Virus record (IMG/VR): IMGVR_UViG_3300025831_000006
Location: 6,331 to 70,330 of that record
Strand: one strand, 5' to 3'
DNA: 64,000 nt
DNA from: a virus
Lineage: Duplodnaviria > Caudoviricetes
The position numbers and the translations under genes are program-made. The stretch's first letter is position 1; every line of letters starts with the position of its first letter. Under the pieces are notes generated by a model. It was not told where the DNA came from, made no database searches, and worked only from the letters and a program-made list of their open reading frames with translations. Of the stretch, positions 59,101-64,000 are shown piece after piece.

Positions 59101-59397
59101 ACGTTTATTGATGAAGCAGTGATTAGAGATCTGACCTTCACTAAATTACGTGATGAGACAGGTGCATTCATTGTCGAAAACGGCAAGGTTAAGGCAGACT
59201 ACATCAATGCACGCGGTTTGACTGTAACCAGCGACGCAGGTGTCGTTGGATTACAGGTCGATACGCTGGGTAACACCACGTTTGGGGGAACGCTCGCAAT
59301 TGATACTGGGTCAGCTAATCGTCTAGTAATTACTAGCGATAAAATCGAAGTTTGGTCTAATAATGTTAGGCGGGTGGTACTGGGAAACCTATCATGA
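56197..59397 (+). CDS. Tail tip / central fibre protein (gpJ-like C-terminus, coiled coil, carbohydrate-binding-like insert)
   Basis: N-terminal FN3-like segment; DYFEIDWVAIGRPSPG; DUF1983-like GGFGVYNDG..FWVG..PFII. Probable start ATG 56197. Confidence 0.8.
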   Translation: MATCGDVCGTGGWTGPLPGDPDNNSILTATPAFGGIDVTWTYPVINPFAVAHTLLYRSPTPNFNGSMERQVVAGNFFYDKLDNGSTYYYWIKIVSINGTVGELIGPASATARPLIEDLIEQLTGKIDNGVLAVALKNEFSRVSALDMAVQTALTTALNGDAALAAALIGVQTSTDAVFASVADEIAARIAANVALVDALNAHASAIAGHVVDLVNADLAEADARIEAASLESIARTAQVQQAAYATLDAALAVNNAELNMASTVAIARSDLQQSIVDGVSAEATQRLLLAAKLDTEKASTLALISTESAARVTAIDAEATQRGLLAAQFRGAYTGTDPALLTQGLLYNERVMRVTEQEALAQQITLLSAGAGEQFDWVKIWYFDSGLENWTGNGVPTATMGWIRPADQASGAYVESPAGIETNGTKYSQIRLRIRKVGTPTFLGSLQWQGAADTTWDVPTRTFALTAPVEYINGIGLITVNPGWTVTVDKIRIALSDAQTATDYFEIDWVAIGRPSPGASSAQLLTEQMARINKDQSIVDDYVVLNAKVGDTTTGIIKDIATIVRDYSTTATAASATAQAQTALLAHFGPSMVFREAGTAQVTGADTNGPAQVVNYTPIILKDGTTAYLPKISVGNTWYNTANGNKPHTWAGVDGWVYTPDLSPTATDAFIDRLDTAFADAGNATTSAIMDAVSSVNDPVTGLLVTQAAILEEQTTQADLLQASANSTQTLVSKSKETDDALLTSILNGEASRTLLQGTIAVARQEMHTDIVDGLSAEASARLALVAVVNDKAALLDEETRVRVANGLAMATRVDTIKATVEKNSANILDVQTANTSATQALASAVTALAATIGTKDAITAATLVDAASVIATDTLAESQKRATLQSMLDGHLVSAQTNLQTDVETIDGKVVQIGARYTANVTVDGLIGGFGVYNDGEVVEAGFDVDTFWVGRTSANKRKPFIIVNNETFIDEAVIRDLTFTKLRDETGAFIVENGKVKADYINARGLTVTSDAGVVGLQVDTLGNTTFGGTLAIDTGSANRLVITSDKIEVWSNNVRRVVLGNLS

Positions 59398-59669
59398 CGT
59401 ATGGACTTATATCAGATAACATTAATACTTCCCTAATAGGAATGTCTTTACTTACTAGTGTTAATTATACTTCTGGTGACGCAAATTATTCTTTTAGCAG
59501 AAACCCGCTTGCCAGTATATTGACTTGGTTTATTACGCAAAAAGCAGATGTTTCAGCACAAGCTTTGATTTCTTTCCCAACAATAACTTACGGTGTTGAA
59601 AATGAAAACTTTAATGTGAGTATTTCAGGAGGTGGAACCCCCTGCGTAATATATTTGTTTGTGAGGTAG
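59394..59669 (+). CDS. Small tail accessory protein
   Basis: MTYGL start; ATGA-coupled to the tail tip gene; low GC. Confidence 0.65.
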   Translation: MTYGLISDNINTSLIGMSLLTSVNYTSGDANYSFSRNPLASILTWFITQKADVSAQALISFPTITYGVENENFNVSISGGGTPCVIYLFVR

Positions 59670-59672
59670 CGC

Positions 59673-60788
59673 ATGTACGGTGGTGCAATTATGTCGGATG
59701 CTGGATTAGTTGCTTCGTCAGACTATAAAGGCTTCAGTAAGTATGAGTTTGTTACAGAATACATACAGGCAGGGAACGTAAGAACGTTTTTTACTAGTTG
59801 TAGTAGTATGCCCGTTGTCTTTATTAACAGCGCAGAAAATGTAGCTGCAAGTATTTTGGCTATACGAAAGGTTTCTGGTGGCCATTATGTAGATATTCTC
59901 AGTGATGGGCTGTGTAGCTTGATCATCTTTGCCCCACTAACTGCCAGCCCAAGTGGATATGGCTTAGCTTTTTTTGATGCAAGCGGATCACCCACATACA
60001 TTTCAAGCATGAAGATGCTTGCTTTAAAAGCAATAGGCACGCTTAGTGAAAACGTTACAATGTCTGCACCAGGAAATAGTTTTAGCTACAGTGCGGCGCA
60101 TTTGTACGGAACCAAAACTGAAAGAACTGATCTCGTTAGCGCAGGAACTACCCTTGTAAATATTTGGGGCCCAGTGTCAACTTATATATGCGAATGGAAA
60201 GACGTATACACCTGGACTTCATGGTACGAAGATGTTAATACACAAGTTTGCGTATGGAAATACGTAAGTACTTGGGGAAACTGGTATATTTACGGAACGT
60301 ACTATGACTACTCTAAAAATACATATGTAATGGGATACCATTATGAAAACGGGTATAAAGATGTATATACAAATGTCTGTGAATGGAAACCCGTCAGTAC
60401 CAGAAAAGAAGGTTTTAAATATATTAGGACTTATGTATGTGAATGGAAGGATGTGTATCAGTGGATTCCGGTAACTTCATTTATATGGGCAAGTGTTAGA
60501 ACAACAAATTGGGCTATTTATCGTGGCGCCGCATTTTTTAGTAATGGTTATGTTAAATTTAGATGGGTGCTTCATAAAAGCGGTTTCTACAAAGACGTGC
60601 TTACAAGTTATTTAGATGCTAATACCGATAACTTGTTTATTCTTTCTCAGAATCAACTTATGGCAGCATACCAGCAGGAACAAGCAGTTGGAGAACTTAC
60701 TTCAGGAAGCAATTTTCCATACACAAATGTGACAAGTAATCTTGTCCCTACACAAATAGCAATTTTATCTAAGGAAGATTATGTTTAA
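59673..60788 (+). CDS. Tail accessory / putative receptor-binding protein with long aromatic repeat insert
   Basis: PVVFI..YGLAFFDASG motif seen in proteins following gpJ-like genes; CEWK repeats. Confidence 0.7.
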   Translation: MYGGAIMSDAGLVASSDYKGFSKYEFVTEYIQAGNVRTFFTSCSSMPVVFINSAENVAASILAIRKVSGGHYVDILSDGLCSLIIFAPLTASPSGYGLAFFDASGSPTYISSMKMLALKAIGTLSENVTMSAPGNSFSYSAAHLYGTKTERTDLVSAGTTLVNIWGPVSTYICEWKDVYTWTSWYEDVNTQVCVWKYVSTWGNWYIYGTYYDYSKNTYVMGYHYENGYKDVYTNVCEWKPVSTRKEGFKYIRTYVCEWKDVYQWIPVTSFIWASVRTTNWAIYRGAAFFSNGYVKFRWVLHKSGFYKDVLTSYLDANTDNLFILSQNQLMAAYQQEQAVGELTSGSNFPYTNVTSNLVPTQIAILSKEDYV

Positions 60789-60990
60789 ATTTTGGTTAGG
60801 TATTACAGCTACAGGTGATCAGGCTATTTATTTTGAACAAAATGATGTAATTAGCGTAGTCAAGTATTCCGAAAATACAGATGGCTTCACATCAGATGCA
60901 CTGTTTGCGTTTTCTGTAAATAAGCTAAAGGAAAGCGGCTTGATTGCCAAAGATGTACCTATCACCACAGCACCTGCGTCAGGTGTGTAA
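60781..60990 (+). CDS. Small hypothetical protein
   Basis: 69 aa; overlap-coupled. Confidence 0.6.
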   Translation: MFKFWLGITATGDQAIYFEQNDVISVVKYSENTDGFTSDALFAFSVNKLKESGLIAKDVPITTAPASGV

Positions 60991-61288
60991 ACGATGCGTC
61001 GACGTAGTGACAACAACGTAGGCTGAAGTTGCAGTAATGGTAGAGTAACCATCTAGTTGACTGGGATTTTGGCTTAAATAGTCAACGTTATCAATTGCCT
61101 GATTAATTCACAAATTGCCAGTTAAATATCCTGTTTCATAAATAAATCAATTCTTTTCTAATTGGTGCAATTGTCTGCGACAATACGTTCATCAATTACG
61201 GATGGCTGACTTTGTAGGAACGTCCCGTATTGCACATTATTAACTCATGGTTCTATTACAGAACCAACAGTCAAGATAGGGCAATTGA

Positions 61289-63241
61289 ATGGCACATTAC
61301 CGTACAGGAACTATCGCGCTGACCAACGGGTCGGCTGCCGTAATAGGTTCAGGCACAGACTTCATCAACGGCGCGGCTGTGGGGGAGTGTGTCCAGGCAC
61401 CTGATGGCAAGCTTTATGAAATCATAAAGATCAACTGCGCTCAAGGAACTACAGTAGTTAACAGTGTAACTTTGCCGTCTATTGAGTTGGGGCAACCATA
61501 TCTTGGTGCAACTGCATCAGGCCAAGCCTACAGCATTGTCCCGACACAGAGCTATATCCGTGATCTGGCAAAACAAGCAGCTACGCTGGTCAATGGGTAC
61601 GCTGATGTACAAACCAATGCGCTCAAGCTCAATTCAGCCGACAAAGCCACCATCGTAGACAACGACAGACTCGGTGGCAGAGACAGTGTGAGTGGGCAGG
61701 CAAAGCTGTTCAGCCTCTCCACGATCAAGACCGCGCTGCTTGCTGCGTTCAAGGACACTTCTGGCAACTTGGCCGGGTTGACCCTCTTCAAACTCAATTT
61801 GAGAAATGCCGCCAATACCTTTACCAGTTTTCTGACCAATACTGCAACCGCTGCAAGAACTTGGACTATGCCGGACAAGGACGGCACGGTGGCGATGACG
61901 AGTGACATCACAGCAGAGCGCACGGCTGCTGCGACACTAACTAACAAGACGCTGACATCACCAGTTATCAATGGCGGCTCTGTGGCTGACCTTACCTCGT
62001 TGACGGTTGACGGCAACACGACCCTAGGTGATGCCAGTACTGACACTGTGACGATTAGTGGGAATGTAGGAGTTGGAACGACGCCAAGTGCTCGGGTACT
62101 TTCGTGGGCGGCATTAAAACTGGGAGACCTCTTTTCAGCTATTGAGGCTGAAAATAGGTTGTATACGGCAATAAACCTTCATAATGATGGGACGAACTGG
62201 AAATCCCAACAAGTTGGATACGTTGGGGTGAATAGTTTTAGCTATGCAGGAGGGGTGTATAGCTGGTCTAACGGTTATTCCACTGTAGCAGGTCAGACGG
62301 CCACGCTGGTCAAGAGACTGGTTATCAACAGCGCTGGGAATGTAGGGATTGGGACTAGTACACCGGCGGATAAACTTAGTGTGAGGAACGACACCAATGG
62401 ACCTCTACAAATATCTGCTACAAACCTAAATACGTCAAGCAATGCGTTTGTAGGTAGTGTTGTAGCATCAGATTCAGCGGCTGCTGTACTGTTTGCAAGC
62501 AGTTCAACGCACATCGACATGCCGCGTGGTGGGCGTTCTTCTACCACGGGCATCTATACCGGATCAATGAATACTACTGGGGGCCTGGCTTTCCTTGCTA
62601 GAAATTCAGCGGGCATCATTACGTTTCATACGGGCGGTGATTCTGAGAGAGTGCGCATCAACAACTCTGGCCACGTTCTGACTGGCACGGATAACGCTCA
62701 AACGCTAGGTACTGCTGCAAAACGCTGGTCTGTTGTCTACGCTGGCACAGGTGCTATCAACACCTCGGACGCACGCGAGAAGACTGCAGTTTCTGCGCTT
62801 ACCCCGAATGAGATCAATGCAGCCAAGCAACTGTCTAAGGAAATAGGCACCTACAAGTTCTTGTCTTCGGTGCAAGCCAAGGGGGATGCCGCCCGTACTC
62901 ATATTGGTATGACAGTGCAGCGTGCAATTGAGATTATGGAATCACATGGCCTGAGTCCGTTTGACTACGGTTTCATTTGTCATGATGTGTGGGAAGACCA
63001 GTTCATCGAGCATCCAGTCATTGAAGCGGTTGAGGCTGTGGAAGCTATTGAAGAAGTCAAGGACGAAGACGGCAACGTCATTACCCCTGCTGTTGCTGCA
63101 GTTGAAGCGGTAGAGGGCAAGGCGGCATGGACTGAACAAACCCAATGGGCAGGTGATCGGTATGCATTCCGCTATGACCAGTTAAACCTGTTCATTGCTG
63201 CAGGTATTGAGGCCCGTCTTGCTGCATTGGAGGCTGCATGA
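61289..63241 (+). CDS. Tail fibre with C-terminal intramolecular chaperone (peptidase S74-like)
   Basis: GNVGIGT repeats; LGTAAKRWSVVYAGTGAINTSDAREK autocleavage motif; RYDQL..RLAALE. Confidence 0.9.
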   Translation: MAHYRTGTIALTNGSAAVIGSGTDFINGAAVGECVQAPDGKLYEIIKINCAQGTTVVNSVTLPSIELGQPYLGATASGQAYSIVPTQSYIRDLAKQAATLVNGYADVQTNALKLNSADKATIVDNDRLGGRDSVSGQAKLFSLSTIKTALLAAFKDTSGNLAGLTLFKLNLRNAANTFTSFLTNTATAARTWTMPDKDGTVAMTSDITAERTAAATLTNKTLTSPVINGGSVADLTSLTVDGNTTLGDASTDTVTISGNVGVGTTPSARVLSWAALKLGDLFSAIEAENRLYTAINLHNDGTNWKSQQVGYVGVNSFSYAGGVYSWSNGYSTVAGQTATLVKRLVINSAGNVGIGTSTPADKLSVRNDTNGPLQISATNLNTSSNAFVGSVVASDSAAAVLFASSSTHIDMPRGGRSSTTGIYTGSMNTTGGLAFLARNSAGIITFHTGGDSERVRINNSGHVLTGTDNAQTLGTAAKRWSVVYAGTGAINTSDAREKTAVSALTPNEINAAKQLSKEIGTYKFLSSVQAKGDAARTHIGMTVQRAIEIMESHGLSPFDYGFICHDVWEDQFIEHPVIEAVEAVEAIEEVKDEDGNVITPAVAAVEAVEGKAAWTEQTQWAGDRYAFRYDQLNLFIAAGIEARLAALEAA

Positions 63242-63462
63242 GGCTCACCCTTGTCTACTTTAAGCAGAACGACAAAGAGTCTGAAAGGTTGCTACATGGC
63301 TGATGAACGCAAAGACCTGCCCCCAGTTTCTTCGCCGAAGTTTCTGGAGAAGGTGCGCGAGGCGTGGGATTTGTACCTTGCGGGCAAGTGGCAGGGGAAG
63401 GTGTTTGTGCCGGTGATTGACTTTATTTTCCGCCCCTGGATGACCGAGCACTGTCGCAAATC

Positions 63463-63795
63463 GTGGGCGGGGCAAGTGCATTTATACGAAAGCAAGCAAT
63501 GAACGATCCAACTCAAACTATTTTCAACAGCCTATTTATTTTGCTGGGTGTATTTGGCGGCTACTACCTTAACTCGGTAAAGGACGCTATCAAAGCATTG
63601 CAAGCGACAGATCAGATATTGATCACCAAGCTGCAAGCTATCGAGGTGCTTGTTGCAGGGACGTACATCAAGCGCGAAGAATTCGAGACGATGGCGCGTG
63701 CGTTGTTTACCAAACTCGACTCAATCGACGCAAAGATTGACACCAAGACAGACCGCGCCATGTGCATGGCTGTGCATAGCAGAGAGCACCAATGA
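63463..63795 (+). CDS. Putative holin or lysis-associated membrane protein (probable start 63499)
   Basis: IFNSLFILLGVFGGYYL TM helix plus coiled coil; directly upstream of the endolysin. Confidence 0.6.
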   Translation: MGGASAFIRKQAMNDPTQTIFNSLFILLGVFGGYYLNSVKDAIKALQATDQILITKLQAIEVLVAGTYIKREEFETMARALFTKLDSIDAKIDTKTDRAMCMAVHSREHQ

Positions 63796-64000
63796 GACTC
63801 ACCCCGCATTTTTCTGTCGAAGAATTTGTCGCCAGCCAAACCGCTGACCGGCGAGACATTGACAACTCACTCACAAGCAACCTGCTAGCAAGCGCCAGAA
63901 ACACTTGCAATGGGCTTGAGCAAGTGCGCAGCTTGTTGGGTAACTTGCCAATTTTGATCAGCAGCGGATACCGCTCACCCGAGCTTAACCGCGCTGTTGG
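63792..64000 (+). CDS. Endolysin, peptidase M15 family (truncated by window end), not in ORF track
   Basis: MRLTPHFSVEEF..LEQVR..ISSGYRSPELNRAVG. Confidence 0.88.
   Translation, partial: MRLTPHFSVEEFVASQTADRRDIDNSLTSNLLASARNTCNGLEQVRSLLGNLPILISSGYRSPELNRAV

Noticed and set aside
60160-60480. Diversity-generating retroelement target
   Set aside because: There is no reverse transcriptase and no template/variable repeat pair differing at adenines. The repeats are short and intragenic.
1-64000. tRNA, rRNA, CRISPR array, integrase
   Set aside because: No cloverleaf or T-loop signature, no regularly spaced repeats and no recombinase motif were seen by eye. tRNAscan-SE would be the definitive check.

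Overview
The window is most of the genome of an N4-like podovirus (Schitoviridae), circularly permuted. Evidence: a 3581-aa virion RNA polymerase, a two-subunit RNAP II, a gp2-like activator, an N4-type family A DNA polymerase, primase, SSB and the N4 capsid/portal/terminase module. Early and middle genes run on the minus strand from about 19.5 kb down to base 52 and continue from 56.0 kb down to 46.4 kb. Virion genes (19.7-46.3 kb) and a tail/lysis module (56.2-64 kb) are on the plus strand. The physical genome ends probably lie near 19.0-19.7 kb. Main observations: (1) the DNA polymerase gene is fractured by a free-standing HNH gene with no intron core, and both halves carry short foreign extensions that look like a non-catalytic remnant of a split intein; (2) a complete group I intron encoding a GIY-YIG nuclease sits in motif A of RNAP2; (3) an ADP-ribosyltransferase-like domain is inserted in the virion RNAP; (4) a tail accessory protein has a symmetric Cys-paired aromatic segment suggesting a very long beta-hairpin; (5) four GGA-triloop vRNAP promoter hairpins share a consensus; (6) thyX has an in-frame TAA at codon 4. 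No tRNA, rRNA or CRISPR array was seen. The host cannot be determined from the sequence alone. All family assignments come from motif recognition, not database searches.
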